The notes under the pieces were generated by a model that was given only the letters and a program-made list of their open reading frames with translations, had not been told where the DNA came from and ran no database searches. A program made the position numbers and the translations under genes. A stretch of DNA of 64,000 nt from Ginglymostoma cirratum (taxonomy: Eukaryota), in contig JAHRHZ010000141.1 of assembly GCA_024137785.1 (NCBI GenBank), positions 1,589,944 through 1,653,943 on the forward strand. Direction: 5' to 3'. This document shows positions 39,351 to 53,380 of this stretch, piece by piece; within the stretch, counting starts at the first letter, position 1, and each line of letters begins with the position of its first letter.

Positions 39351-40724
39351 GTAAAAGTAATGGAGATTAAAAGAAAATCCTGCAGTGGGGAGCTGGAGCG
39401 TGTCGAGCGTGAGAGGAAACAATGTAATGAAGTGACGTTAGACTTCTCGTGTGCCACATTAGGATAAGAAATAAAACACATTGATTCAATGTGGCATATA
39501 ATTACACAAACTTGAGGGAAGCATTACATCCTAAGCATATTTTAAATATGTGACCTATGAATCATGCTCACCTTTGGCAATACCAAATTCAAGAACTCGA
39601 ATGCAGTTGGAGTAAGATTCCATCAATGACTTCTCTTTTGTTTTGAACAATAGGGTGAAAATAAAACATGCAACGCCGCCATTTCTGCACCTGCACTTTT
39701 AAGCTTCAAATCAACAGACTATATATGTACACAGGTTCCACAGGAATGTTATTTCACACTGTTTTAACAGAGTAACGACTGATGATATTGTAAACAATAG
39801 TCGCTACTTTTCAGACGAGTGGCGAGGTTCAGAATTTGGGACCTTTGTGGTGTCTTTAGCTGGTACTGTAATTGAATTTGTTCTCTTGGCATCACTTCAA
39901 AATTTTAACTAACTATCCAGTCAACTGAACAACCCCAGCGGAAATGACTCCCAAATGGTAATACATATTTTAAATAGTATCCTTATTTTTCACGAATGAC
40001 ATGGGCAAAATTTCTCCACTTCATTGAAGGAATCATTTGAAAAATAAAGTTTTAAAGCAGCATACGTGTTGAAAGTATTAATTATTAATTTCAAGAACGC
40101 GATCTGAGCAGATGGTTGAATGTGAATCAATAGTTTGTGAGCATTTAATTCCGATAAGATTTCATTGAGGTACCATTTCTCACTTTCCTTTCTTGGAAGG
40201 CATCAGAACTTTTGACACATACTAAAGTTACTAACACCGACTTCATTTTCTTTGTTCCAACAGGTGTAAATTTCCCGATAGGCCAGGTCGATGGACAAAT
40301 AAGCGAATGTGCAGTGTGCCAAATGGAATCCATGTCTGCTTTGAGAATAGAAAAAAAAACTCAATCAGCAACAGATAGATGAGATCTAATCGTATGCGGA
40401 TTTAAGCAAAATTGCTTCATGTCTCCCAACAATAGGCTTTCAAATTCTGGATAGGAAATAAATATCTCAACATTGTGAAAAGGCACACTCCATTCATAAA
40501 TTCGAATATTTTTTTTTCCAGAAAAGCAAACTGAATAATTCTTAATTCCTTGTCGTCCCTGAGCACTACTTTAACCAAATAACATGCAGCCACAACTGTC
40601 TGGAATATTGAGGTTAAGTAGACTGACAACTTACTGCTCAGATTAAGCCTTTTGTTTTTTCCTGCTGTTGGAAAGCTTATTTCCTTGTGATTTTTTTTCT
40701 GTTTTGCCTGTTCATACAATTCCT

Positions 40725-41034
40725 AAAATGCAGGACAGGCCATTCGACCTAACAAATCCACACAGAACGTCTGAAAACCATACCAGCCAGACCTACCCCC
40801 TACAATTGCCCCCGTACTTCCCACGGCTAACACACCTAACTTATATGCACGTGAACTCCATGGACCGGTTGGAACAGCCATTACACTTAGCTTTCACATG
40901 TTTGGACTGTGGGAGTAAACCAGATCACCGGCTGGAAACCCAAGCAGACTTGGGAAGAACGTGCAAACTCCACACAGTTGGTTGCCAGACGGTGGAAACA
41001 TCAGTAATGCTGACAACTGAACCACGGTGCCACC
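40725..41034 (-). mobile_element. HE1-type SINE
   Basis: ttggactgtgggagtaaacc...gaagaacgtgcaaactccacacag...ctgaaccacggtgccaccc is the reverse complement of the HE1 body. Confidence 0.88.
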
Positions 41035-41740
41035 CTCCATATTTCTTCAATTTGGCATGTTGTGTTTCAATTTAATAACTCATAATTATTGGCATGGAAC
41101 AAATTCTTGCCTCATCAAGTTATACTTATTTGTACATTTGATATACATGAACTGAACAAACATTAGACATTTGTGTCTATGTCAACTTCTATTCCAAAAT
41201 GACACTTAAAATCAACTGCTTGGAAAGATAACTTGTTATTCAAATTATTGTCATAATCCTGAAAGGCTCATGCAATTATTAATTCAACCAACGTCATTTA
41301 AAATGCTTTTGGTTAATTCTGTTCTATCGAAGTACTCATGATTGATTGTTGACATTAAAATGTGGAGCAGAGTTCACTGTTATCCGAAGAAGGCCTTATT
41401 TCACTAAATAGACATGTTTTTGATTTCGTTGCCGAAACACATGCCATGATACGTGCATATTTGACGAGAGGTATTGACTTCTATTCAGAAAGGCGTATAT
41501 GTCTGATACCCAGCTTTTCCTGAAGCTGCTGCGCAACTGGCGCTTCACTATTTGCATGAACCAGCGTCTGCTGGCCTCTCTTGTATTTGAATTACAAGCT
41601 TTTATCTTCCTTACCTATTTTATAAAGAAGTAAGTTTGTCCATTAATTTCAGTACCCACGCAGCTTTCACTTTGTGTCTCTCACATAAAGTCACCTCGCC
41701 ATCATTTTCCCCTCAGAACTTATCTTTCTCTTACCATTCA

Positions 41741-41925
41741 GAGACAGTAAGAACTGCAGATGCCGGAGTCAGAGATAGCCCAGTATGGAGCCCAGCATCA
41801 GAGGAGCAGGGAAGTTGACGTTTCGTGTCAGGACACGAATTGTTTGTGAACTGAAAAGCCAAATTCCTTTCTCCTCTTATGCTGCCTGTCCTTCTGTGTT
41901 CCTCCATCTCCAAACTGCGTTATCG
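41741..41925. mobile_element. Degenerate palindromic Penelope-terminus-derived insertion
   Basis: aactgcagatgccggag...catcagaggagcagg...gacgtttcg and an inverted partner arm; CTTTCTCTT near both flanks. Confidence 0.7.
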
Positions 41926-43914
41926 CTTTCTCTTGGAATTCTCGAGCTTAGAATTTGGTCGTCACATTAATATTTCCGTTTCAATTAGTGGCAGCTAAAC
42001 GTATGAAAGCAAGATTCAGTTGGCCTTATGAAACGAAAGAGAAATTGTGTGAGCTCAATCATTTTATAATAGCGCCAGACAGAAGAAATAAATCACAGAC
42101 TGTGTTATGAGAATATGCTTATATGATGCAAAGGTAAACAAATGGATTATATTTTAGCAGTTATAACTCCGAAGGATGAATTAAATACTGATCGTTATGC
42201 ATTTTACATTCCTTAAATTAAATTGGACAACGAAATAGTTCTCAAAAATTAAGACGAATTCTGTAGTTACCTTCAAGATGAAAGTTGAAATGACCCTGAT
42301 AGAGTCATTATAATGATATGGGCAGGTATGTGTGTATAATCAATGAAGTCTTAAACTGATGTTAGAAATGCTGTCCTTAATAAATAAAACCCTTTTAGGC
42401 TTAATCTGCTAAAATAGGTACAGGCTGAAAATACTTTGAAAGCCTGCTCAGACACAATATATTTGTTGTGATTTGCAACAAATGGAGCTCACCATTGAAA
42501 TCGCATTGAACCCGATTAGTACAAAATAATTGTGTCTGCACTACCACAGTGTCAATTGAGTTAGGAAATCCGTTTAATATACTATTCTACATTTGGAAAA
42601 CTGAATTGAGAAAGGCGGACAAGGTCAAATTTGAAACTTCTCAGAGGACACTTGAAGGTAACTGCATCCAAAGAGATTAATAAATGTTGGCTTTCTTGAC
42701 ATCTAACGACATTACCAATTTAAATTCATGCAGTTTCATATGAAGCATGGTCCAGGAAAATTTCAAACAGTAATCAAAAGGGTAATTTCAGTATTATTTA
42801 ATGCTGCATTGTGCATAGACACCCTGGTGATTTTTTTTCTGTCACAAATCGAACACGTGTTTGAAACATCTTGTAGAATTATTCTATCGACACAAGGAGG
42901 TGCACTTACTTATAAATCTAGCTAATTGAGTTTGCTTAATCAAAAGTAATGTTCTTTGGTTGCAGCAATAGACATGGACAGATGGACCTAGGCAATGACA
43001 AAACAACGGTTATTGTGGAGTTTCGAATGCTGCCACCAACCAGGGAAGTACAATGATTCCTAGGATTTAGTATTGTTTTTAAGTTTGACAGAAGTTTATA
43101 CCAAATTTTGGCAGTGTGGATACTACATAAATTGACCTGTGGAAAAAGTACAGGTAATTTGATTGTATGGAGGATTGGCAAAACACATGTCACAGTCCTA
43201 AACCTGTGCTGACCACTGTTGGACACAGCTAGTTACACAAAGGGATTAAAGGTATTATCAATGTGAACGACCTGATTTTTAGTTGTGTTACTCATATCAG
43301 TAGACAAAGAGAAGATTGAAAAATAATGAATTATTTTTATGAAAAGCAATATCACGTCATTGAGAAAGAGAACTTGAGTTCAGTTTTGGCTTTACGGCAT
43401 TTCAACATTAATGCTTTTATTAATGATTCTGAGACAATTGCATATACTGAGCACTATCCTTCTCAATTTTTTTGGAATTCAATGATAAAAAATACGTGAT
43501 TGCTTAGAGTTTATTATTACAGACATTCAATTTGAAAATTAAACATGTGGCAGGATAACAGATCGTAATTGGTACCATTTTGTCATGACTGTGATGAAGA
43601 AATGTGAAAGTGATTGGGTGCAAAAGAAATGGAATACCGTGGACTGTAGTATTCAACGTTTGCATGCTTCAGCTTCATGCAATCTTTGTATACTTACGTT
43701 TCGTTTTTGAGATGCGGCTGTAGAGGGAGTTTTCCATCTCATTTCTCTTGAAGAGAGCTGTTATAAATTTGGTGGCAAGCTGACGGCTTTATGGAAAGTG
43801 ACTAAACAGTTGTTTGTCAATTGGGCAGGAAGAGTTTGCATGTTTGGAATCAAGCTCACCTAGTTTTTTTTTTTTGGTAGTTGAAGCTGTTATGTATAAC
43901 TCACTCGTTATTTC

Positions 43915-45272
43915 TAGATTTGTTGTGTCACCTGAACTATCTCTGACTCCTCGCTTCCCTTCCTTGACACCATTTCCATTTCCAGGGAAAGACTGGTCAC
44001 TTCTATCCACTACAAGCCCACTGACTCCCACAGCTACCTGAACTGCACATTCTCATACCCCACTTCCTGTAAAGACTTCATCCCATTCTCTCAGTTCTTC
44101 CGTCTCTGTCGTACATGTTCAGATGAGGCCAACTTCGACAAAGGAGCCTTCAGAATGTCCAACTTCTATCTCAACTGAGGATTCCCCAGCTCCGTGTTTG
44201 ACAGAGTCCTCAACAGGGTCTGACCCATCTCCCGCACTTCTGCCCTCACTTGTTCTCTTCCCTTCTGCAACAGCGATAGCGTTACCCTTGTCCTTAACTA
44301 CCTCCCACCAGCATCCATATCCAGACGACATTTCCACCACGTCCAGCAAGGTACCACCACCAGACACATATTCCCCTCTCCTGCCTTTTCCGCGTTTCGT
44401 AGTGGTCATTCCCACTGGGACAGCCTGGTTCACACTGCCTTCACCCTCAGCATACCCCCACAGCCCCACGGCACCTACCCGAAGAACCGGCAAAGTTGCA
44501 ACATCTGCCCAATTAACTCCTTCTTCTCCAGTATACACGGGCCCAAGCATACCTTTCAGGTGAAGCAAAACTTAACCTGCATTTCCCAAAATATATTCTC
44601 TTGTATTAGCTGCTCAATATGGTCTCTTCTGCACTGGAGAATGGAAGCATAAACTACGTGAGCGCATCGCAGACAATCTCTATTCTGCTCGCAAAAAAGG
44701 ACCCTGAACTACCTGTTGCCTGCCACTGTAATACACTACCCTGTTCCCTGGCCAACACATGTGTCCCTGGGTTGCTGGAGTGTTCCATCGAACCACAGGG
44801 CAAGCTGGAAGTACAACACCTCATTTTCTGATTGGGGACCCTACAGCTTTTTGGGCGCAATATTGAGTACAATAAATTTAGTTCCTAAACTATCCCATGT
44901 CCCAACCCCCTACCCCACACACCAAGCCTTATTCCCACACAACCAGCTATCACACACCACCTGTTGTTAGTCTCTAATAGTCCCAAATAACAACTATTCA
45001 CTCTCCCAGTATAATCGTTATCAACCATTTATCTCTCCTATATCTGCTTTTTTTTTAGGTTCTGTTCTGTTGTTTACTCTCCACGCCATTTCCGCCCTTT
45101 TTTCTGCATAGAAACTGACGTTTTCCCATCTATCATCAACTCTGAGTAATGGTCACAAAACCCAAAAGGTTAACTATGTTTTATTTTCTTCACAGATGCC
45201 GCTAGAACTGCGGAGCTTTTCCAGCATCTTTGTTTTTCTTCATGATTCACAGCATCTGTAGTTCTCTCAATT
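43915..45272 (+). mobile_element. Penelope-like element, 5'-truncated (RT C-terminus + GIY-YIG + pLTR)
   Basis: Translates LPFLD...YKPTDSHSYL...SCKDFIPFSQFFRL.R.CSDE, then FQVKQ.LTC.S.N...CI.C; decayed hammerhead at about 45140-45175. Confidence 0.88.
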
Positions 45273-47483
45273 TTTATCTATTTTTACAGATTGGTTTGCG
45301 ATTTGAGTTAATGTGTTAATTAAAATTCACAAAGTGTTTATATTATAATGATTAAGTATTCTCAGTTGATCATGCTCACTAATCAATAGCTCCAATCGAC
45401 ATTTCCCCTTTAATGCACATGATGTCACGAGTGTTAATCTCTCCCGTTGTAGTATGCTCACGATATTTTCTTATGTGTAAAACTTGGAAATTATGGTTGC
45501 ACAGAACGGATTGGCTTCTTTTCAGATAAGAAATATTACAAGTAACCAGGAGCACTTTTGAACATGTCACGTACTGTAAATATTAAAATTTGCTCATTCA
45601 GAATAATAAATAATTCTGGGAGTGCACAGTTGACGTTGAAATAAACACTAAACTACATTTCAAGAATGTCAATCCATGTAAACTATCGTTTCTGCTTCAA
45701 AATGCTGCAAAAGTAACAAACATCCAGTAAAACTGATGTAATGCTGACGTTTCGTGGGAGATTCGTTCACACCTGTCAATGTTTTTACAGAAGTACCTTT
45801 TCAGTTCTAATGTAAAATATGCCTTGCATTAGTCAAGAGCGCAGATTAGTTGGAACGGAGAATTAATACGCTGAAACATTGGAGTAGAGAATGTATAAAA
45901 TGAACATCGTCGTGAGCAAACTCTAGATATTTGATAATACATGCCAGGCCATCGATGAAGGCTGAGTGTTCTTTTTGTTTTTTAATCCAGTCGATGAAAA
46001 GTTAAAGTGATTTGTCTTACTACTGTACTGAAACAATTGGGCTCATCATTTAAACATTAATGCAATCGAAACAGAAATACATTCTGACTATAGAGTAAGT
46101 GAATATTGTGACAACGATTGTCAAATTCAATAATTTACCTGGTGTATCGACCGCAAATATTACAAAGACCGCCAGATTGACTCCTAAAGCACATCACTTT
46201 GACAATTGGTAACGAACATGGTGCTGACCATACACATAAAACAAAATAAAGTGATGGAGAAAATCAGCATGTTTGTCAATACTTGCAAAGACAGAAACAG
46301 TGTTTCTGAATGTAGATTCATGATTTGAATGTAGATTGACTCTTTGCCCGTTATCATCAAAATATATGTCACAGAGACCAGGGTGAACAGGAACACTCCA
46401 TTCACTCTCCACAGAACCATGCTGTGATTTCCCTGAATATATATGCTTTGTTTGTTATTTTCCAGGTTTTCGCAAAACATTGTGTTCTATTTCCGAGTAT
46501 TAACCATCGGGTCCACACTTGCAAAATTAGAAACGAGAGTCCAACGCTCGATGAAATTGTGTATTTGGGAACACTGAGTGCTACACGCAAATATTAGAAA
46601 TGACTGTTGACATGCCATTTACGATTGTTATTCCCCATTAATTGTTGTCCATTGAGTTTTTGGTACGTCATTTATGACGTTTTATGCATCAATTTCTTCC
46701 CTGTATGCATTGAACCATCTCTGCATAATTAAAATTACCACTTAATTACGTTTGTTTCGGAAGACAGGCAATGCATTGACCAAGCAGTGTGAAACTATTT
46801 TATTTAACATCTAATTAATAGCCTTATGGTACAGTCAACATAAGATAAGACATAAATGCAACTTAATGAGTGAATTATCTAAGGAGAGGTCTCCAGCAAT
46901 TTGACCCTATTTGCCAATCGAATAATTGTTATCTTGCAGACGTTATTTTGCTTTATTCCATGACGATACACTGTAGAGAAAGGCCCTGAGGTATAAAATG
47001 TGAAGAGAAAACGTGTTTGTTTCAGCAATACGCAAGTTTTGTGTTAGCACTTCAAGATTTTTAAGTCGTTTTATTTTTCCAAACATTGCAAATGTTTTCA
47101 GACATATTTGTGGTTTGTCGTTATTTCTTTCCATCGAATGTTAAATTAACCAACCTCTACTATCTTGAAAACTGGATATTCGTTTCCTCCAAACTTCCCT
47201 GCACATCTATTTCATCTGTCTATTTAAAATTAATCGTATATCTTTCTTTCCTGTAATCCGTGCATCTACAGATGAATCCTTCTTAGTCCCCGAAAATACA
47301 GCAGTAACTTTCCTTTGGAATAAAAAACAGGAAGAACAAATGTCTTAGGATTCATCTATACAATATGAACCATATCACACACATTTTTCTTGAAAAGTAA
47401 GCACATCATGAGATAAATTCCAGGAAAGGTTCTACAGCGCACTCAGAAGATCGAACTCAGAGAACAGATTTTTTTTTTCTTAC

Positions 47484-47504
47484 CTTCTTGGGCACTTGCA
47501 AAAG
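47484..47504 (-). CDS. 21-nt heptad micro-exon, divergent B-like, (A)FASAQE
   Basis: Minus strand: gtactttatcctgtag|CTTTTGCAAGTGCCCAAGAAG|gtaaga; right length, phase and terminal G, but weaker homology to the others. Confidence 0.65.
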
Positions 47505-49390
47505 CTACAGGATAAAGTACTCATTTTGAAATGCACTCTTACATTTCCAAACGAGACACAACAGTTTTCAAAGTCAAGCTTAATTGAAATTGAATGAATT
47601 GCACTTTGACTTCTTATAGTTTGATTTAACATTCTCGTTTTTGCCACTTAATTTAGTTGCCATGAATTCCTCAATATACAAGGTCATTTTGTCTCAATTG
47701 TCGCTTAGCCTACTTTAAAGTATATGCGTCATGATCAAAATTACTTCTGGAAGATACCTGAACACATCATCTTCTAATGGTTTTCCATTGATCAATATGA
47801 AACTTTGAAGACTTTTTTTTTTACCCTACTGGTAATACCTATTAGTGCCCACATTGCAGGAATGCTATGATTCTATTAACTAACGGGAAATTGAGGAACA
47901 AGTACATCGGGAGATTCAAGACGGCTGTAAGAACAATCGGGTTCCAATAGTCTGAGGTCATACTTATCCAAACATAGTCTCACTGCCGTAGTGTTAAGGG
48001 CTTGGATGGGGGCAATGTGTTATCTGTGTTCAGGAAACTGTCTTGATGACTGTGTAGATGGTCATACTAGATACGAGAAAAAAATCAAACTCCTTTTAGG
48101 AAATGAGGCAGAGCAGAGTTAAAAAAAAAGAACAAGCCTGGTTCACATGTTAAAAGGTTAAACTTAGGCAATACAAATTTTAATGGAATTAGGCAGGAAC
48201 TTTCAGAATTTGTTTGGGGACGGTCTTTGCTCTGAAATGGACATCCTGCGAATGTTCAGCCTTCAGAAGCGAGAAAGTGTATAGGGCCAGCATCTTCCTC
48301 TTAATAAGAACGTGAAGATTTGCAGGAGTAAGGACCACTGAATGACAACAGAAACTGATGTTCTAGTTTAGCAAAAGATGGATGCATATGTTCGATAGAG
48401 GGGGGTGTAGGAGGTACTTAATAGTGAAATCAAGTGGTGAAATAGGGGACACAAAATAGCTTTGGTGGACAGGCGAATCCAGAGACGTTCTTTAAGTATA
48501 CTAAGGGCAAAGGAATAATAGGGCAGAGAATAACGCACAATGAAGATCAACCAGTATGTCTATGTGTGTTACCACAGGAGGTGGATTCGACTGTAAATGA
48601 ATATTTCGCGTCTGAATTTATTGGCATAAAGATAGGGAAGCTGGGAAATTTAGACAAATTAGTAATGATGTCTTGAATAACGTCCAATTTACAGAAGAGT
48701 TGATGCTCTGTATCTTAAAATCTTGATGACACTTGATTAATCTCCGGGACATAATCAAGTGCCTGATGCAACTTTCCTGGAAGCTAGGAGGGCAATTGCA
48801 GATATATATTGCCGTTGACAATCACGGGTGAAGTGCTGGAAGAACGGGCTTTGGTAAATTTTGTCTCATTATTTCAGTAAGTCTGCAAGGAAAACAGCAG
48901 GAACGTGTGGATCAGTGAGCCTAACGTGAATGTTGGGTATGGTGTTGGAACGGTTTCTGAGAGATAGGAATGAAATTCATTTGGAAAGGCAAGATCTAAT
49001 TAGGGTCATCTGTTATGCATTTTGGCATTGCCAATTCTTGTCTCACAAATCTATTGAGATTTTTGAAGAGAGACGAATTCAGATATATTTATTACAGAGA
49101 TGTAGGCTTTGTTTGCAAGATCTCAACAAGGTCAGCGGCAACGGTAGACTGGTTTGTCAGATTAGCTCAGATTGAATCGAAAGAGAGCGAGCCAATTAGA
49201 TACACCATTAAATATAGAGCAGGAGGTTGAGGTAGAGGGCTGTTACAGCAGCCAGCAGTGTTCCACAAGAATCAGTGCTTTTTCCACTGCTGATTGTCAT
49301 TTATATAAACGACTAATATAAGGTATTTTTGATATGTTTGTGGTTGACACCAGATTTGGTGGTAAAGTGAGCAGTGACGACTGATATCTA

Positions 49391-50384
49391 GAGAAAACAA
49401 GATGTGGAGCTGGATGAACACAGCAGTCCAAGAAGCATCATAGGAGCAGGAAAACTTGACGTTTTGGGCCTAGACCCTTCATCAGAAATGGGGGAGGGGA
49501 AGAGTGTTCTGAAATAAAGAGGGAGAGGGGGAGGCGTTAGAAGATGGATAGAGGAGAGAATAGGTGGAGAGGAGACAGACAAGTCAAAGAGGTGGGGATA
49601 GATCCAGTAAAGGTGAGTGTAGGTGGGGATGTAGGAAGGGGATATGTAAGTCCAGGGAGGACAGACAGGTCAAGGGGGCGGGATGAGGTCAGTAGATAGG
49701 AGATGGGGGTGGGCCTTGAGGTGGAAGGGCGGGATAGGTGAGAGGCAGAACAGGTTAGGGAGGCGGAGACAAGCTGGGCTGGTTTTGGGATGCGGTTGGG
49801 GGAGGGGAAGTTTTGAAGCTTGTGAAATCCATATTGATACCATTGGGCTGCAGGGTTCCCAGGCTGAATATGATTTGCTGTTCCTTCAGCCTTCGGGTGG
49901 CATCGTTGTGGCATTGCAGGAGGCCCAGGATGGACATGTCGTCTGAGGAATGGGAGAGGGAGTCGAAATTGTTCGCGACTGAGAGGTGCAATTGTTTGTT
50001 GCAAACTGAGTGCAGGTGTTCTGCAAAGCACTCCCCAAGCCTACTCTGGGTTTCCCCTATGTAGAGAAGGCCACAACGGGTACAGCGGATGCAGTATAGC
50101 ACATTGGCAGATGTGCAGGTGAACATCTGCTTGTTGTGGATAGTCTTCTTGGGGCCTGGGATTGGATTGAGGGAGGAGGTGTGGGGGCAGGTGTAGCACT
50201 TCCTGCGGTAGCAGGGAAAAGTGCCGGGTGTGGCGGGGCTGGAGGCGAGTGTGGAGCGGACAAGGGAATCACTTAGAGAGTGGTCCCTCCGGAAAGCAGA
50301 CAAGTGTGGGGAGGGAAAACTTTCTTTGGTGGAGGGGTTGGATTGCAGATGGCGGAAGTGTCGGAGGATGATGCGTTGGATCCA
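49391..50384 (-). mobile_element. Young 5'-truncated Penelope-like element with 12-bp TSD
   Basis: Perfect TSD GACTGATATCTA at 49379-49390 and 50385-50396; GIY-YIG ORF; pLTR matches 1-140. Confidence 0.93.
49755..50303 (-). pseudogene. GIY-YIG endonuclease domain of the Penelope element (open but 5'-truncated)
   Basis: PC...KCYTC...FTCTSANVLYCIRCTRCGLLYIGETQSRL..F.EH...E...I..LGTLQPNGIN. Confidence 0.88.
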
Positions 50385-52523
50385 GACTGATATCTAAGTG
50401 TATAATGTGAAGTTAGTCAGCGAGGACCGGGTTATGAGTATTTGCATGTGAAGTTTATGTTAGACACATGCGAGGTGTTCAATTTTGGCAAATCAAACCA
50501 TGGCCTGCCTGGCAGAATTAATGGTAAGGCACGACGTAGTGTTGTCAATCAAAAAGGAGTGCAGATGCATTGTTCCTTGGCTGTGATATGATAGATAGAC
50601 CTGGTGGGAAAGAATCTATTTGGCATGGCTGCCTTCACCGTTCAGAGAATTGATAGGAGCTGGAGCGTCATGTTCCAGCATTAAAGGACACTCGTGAGGA
50701 TATATTTAGTGTACTGTGTACATTTCTGGTCACTCTGCGAGTGAAATTATGTTATGAAGCTGGAAATCATACAAAAAAAAGACGTTAGCAATACATAAAC
50801 GTTTCAGTTATAAGGTCAGTTTTGATAGGCTGGGACCAGTTTCCCTGAAACATAGAAAGTTAACCTTAACTTTGCAGAGACTTATAAACTCTAATAGGGC
50901 ATAGATGATGTGACTAGCCAAGGGTGCTCACCCCCCGCCCTTCCCTGTACCAAATAACGAAACTAAAGGGTTTAGCCTTAACGGGAGTAGGAAAAGATTT
51001 AAAAGTGACCTACAATACAATCTTATTTTTTTTCACAGAAAAATCACTGCATATATGGAACGAGATGTCACAAGACATAATACAGATATGTACAACTGCA
51101 ACATTAAAAAGTCATTTGACCAGGAACATGGATAGGAAAGGTTTATACAGACATGGCCATAAGCAGGTAAATGGGGCTCGTTTAATTTACAAAACCTGTT
51201 TTACATGGATGATAGGTGTGGAAGGGTACGTTTGCGTGTTCTGTGACTCTCACTTTAAATACAAATTAGTGCCTTAAATCCATTTTGATGAGGTCGTAAT
51301 GCCTGCACAGTTCTGAATACATCTGCTTTCGTGTATCTACCTATGTAACACATTGTAATCTCTGAGCACGTGTTACAAATTTAAGAAAAATTGAAGGGAC
51401 CGAACTTTCATCTAATCATTACAACAGGCATATAATTATATCTTCATCAAGCTCGCATGCCATCCTAAAATTCTGTAGCTCCTACATCAATGACTTCCCG
51501 TGTTTCTAAAGTTCTGAAGAAGGATGACAATGACTTGAACATTTAAGGCATTGTCCTGAAACCTGCTTCGGGACTACTTACTGATATTCTTCAGGTCATC
51601 GTAGTTTTACTCGTTGTGTCTTGGTCATCTAATCTTTTGCATACTTGAATGTCTGATCTGGTTGCAAACTAAATAACATGTCTGTGTTTCAGTACGCTCG
51701 CTCTGTCAACTTCTGTCTCTACGTATCTATTCATGTCGTTTCTTTTGTTGTCAGTCGGTTGCTTTTTTTTAATTGACGAACTGGTTTGTTGTGTGCAGAA
51801 CAAATAAACGCAACAGCTGTATAAAGTAACACGCAAGCACATTTACAAATTCACCAAATGCAAAGACTGAGTTATCCAAAGAACACATTTCTTCTCAGAA
51901 GAAATAGAGAAAGTTCAATAAGCAATTCTACAAGAATTAACAGAGGGAATTATTAACAGTTCTTGACTGTAATTCGTGGTAGGAATTCTGTTTTTCAAAA
52001 AGGCTGCTAATATGACAATGATTTATGTAATTATTTTGCTGATTAGAAGATGACTGCTCTATACTTTCTGTCCATTGGTATTTCACTAGGTTACTCAGAA
52101 AGGTCAGCGCTCAGATTGTTTCAAAATTAGGCAGAGCGCTTGTTTTTTTTTACGCAAGGAAGTCATGTTTCTTTACAACTATGCTGAAAGTTACCAGGTT
52201 TTCTAAAAACATTGGGAATGTCTGTTTATTAAAAGGCAAATACGGTATAACCTTCCTGCTCATAATTTGTTCCATCTCTGACATGTCCTTTTAGAATGTC
52301 CAGACTTTTAAAAAAAAAATTAGACTTGGATTAAAATAGTTCATTTACCTGCTCGCAGTCACGAGGCCACTGCCTGTATATATTTATTTTCATCACTTGT
52401 AAAGGCTTAACTAAATGTAATCATCTATGATTGAGCAGTAGAGCAACTCTTGAGACCAAAAAGTTTACAAACAGGGTGGTTGAACTGCTCTGATAATTAA
52501 AATAGAAATACAATCTCTCAATC

Positions 52524-53380
52524 TGTTATGGTGAGAGTCCAGGTTCACTTCTAATAATTATGCATGACACACACAGAGAAGCTCTCCTCGCCTTTATACT
52601 TTGTTAAAAAGAGTGGTTAAATAAAAGAAAATTCCTGATATTCACTTTGTTAGTAACAATTTATTTATGTAACCCCAACAGTGAACAAATTAGCAAAATT
52701 AATAACAAACCGAGCAATTCCCACTTAACGACTAACTATTCCAAAACTGAACTACAACCTCCTGGCATGGTGTTCCAATAAGCACAAGTCACATTTGTAT
52801 AAACTTACGTAATAAGAAAATAAATTCAAACTTAGTCTATCGAAGCCTGCATGCGTTTCTTCTGCTATTCTCAAGTCTTAAAATCTTCCTTCTGCTGATC
52901 CGGCGATCAGGTGTGTTTTGTCTGTGAAACCTTCTGGGAATATTCGTAGCTAGAAGTGTGTGGCAACTTTTATAGATAGATGGTGATTTCGTGGATATTT
53001 TAGAGATTTCTCTTGACAGCCAGATGCTTATTTCTCAATTGATTCTTTTGCACACACTGATTTTGAAAAATCTCTCCTTATATACCTCGAATGGCAAGTA
53101 AATTTTCTTACAACAATCTTGGTCTGACGTTATCAAAACAATCAGATTTAAATTCGACATTTTTTTTTTCAATCGCTAAGTGCTCGGCTTACATTAATTG
53201 GCTGCTTCCAGCTATTTGCCAAAACATCAAATCAAGCCTAAGGTTTCCAATCACGCAGCCAATTGATACAAATTTCAAATTCAGAGCTGGTTTTACATCC
53301 TCAGCTACATACACCAACAATTTTTTTTTGTATCAATCTCTAAGCTTAAAAAAAAACACTTTTCCTCTTAAAGGAACCAA
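52524..53380 (-). mobile_element. Probable solo LTR
   Basis: Starts TGTTATGG; layout resembles the LTRs at 25648 and 55767; right end and TSD not resolved. Confidence 0.45.

Larger units (their letters stand above)
47850..51250 (+). mobile_element. Degraded CR1/HER1 LINE split by a Penelope insertion
   Basis: SCLTNLL.F (49015 ORF), MFVVDTRFGG (from FADDTK.GG) at about 49334, and CR1 C-terminus plus 3' UTR at 50400-51250. Confidence 0.8.

Noticed and set aside
42545-42551. CACAGTG heptamer suggesting a V(D)J recombination signal
   Set aside because: No nonamer at 12- or 23-bp spacing and no V segment upstream.
43698-43717. 20-nt segment with good splice signals (ctacag / gtaagt)
   Set aside because: Not a multiple of 3 and does not end in G; worth rechecking only if a homopolymer error is found.
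44119-44568. Long overlapping ORFs of 146-149 aa
   Set aside because: Alternative and antisense frames of the Penelope element, not host genes.
46184-46590. Cluster of minus-strand ORFs, one hydrophobic
   Set aside because: No Ig or other domain motif and no convincing splice borders.
52349-52369. 21-nt AG/GT-bounded minus-strand segment
   Set aside because: Stop codon in phase 1; poor acceptor.
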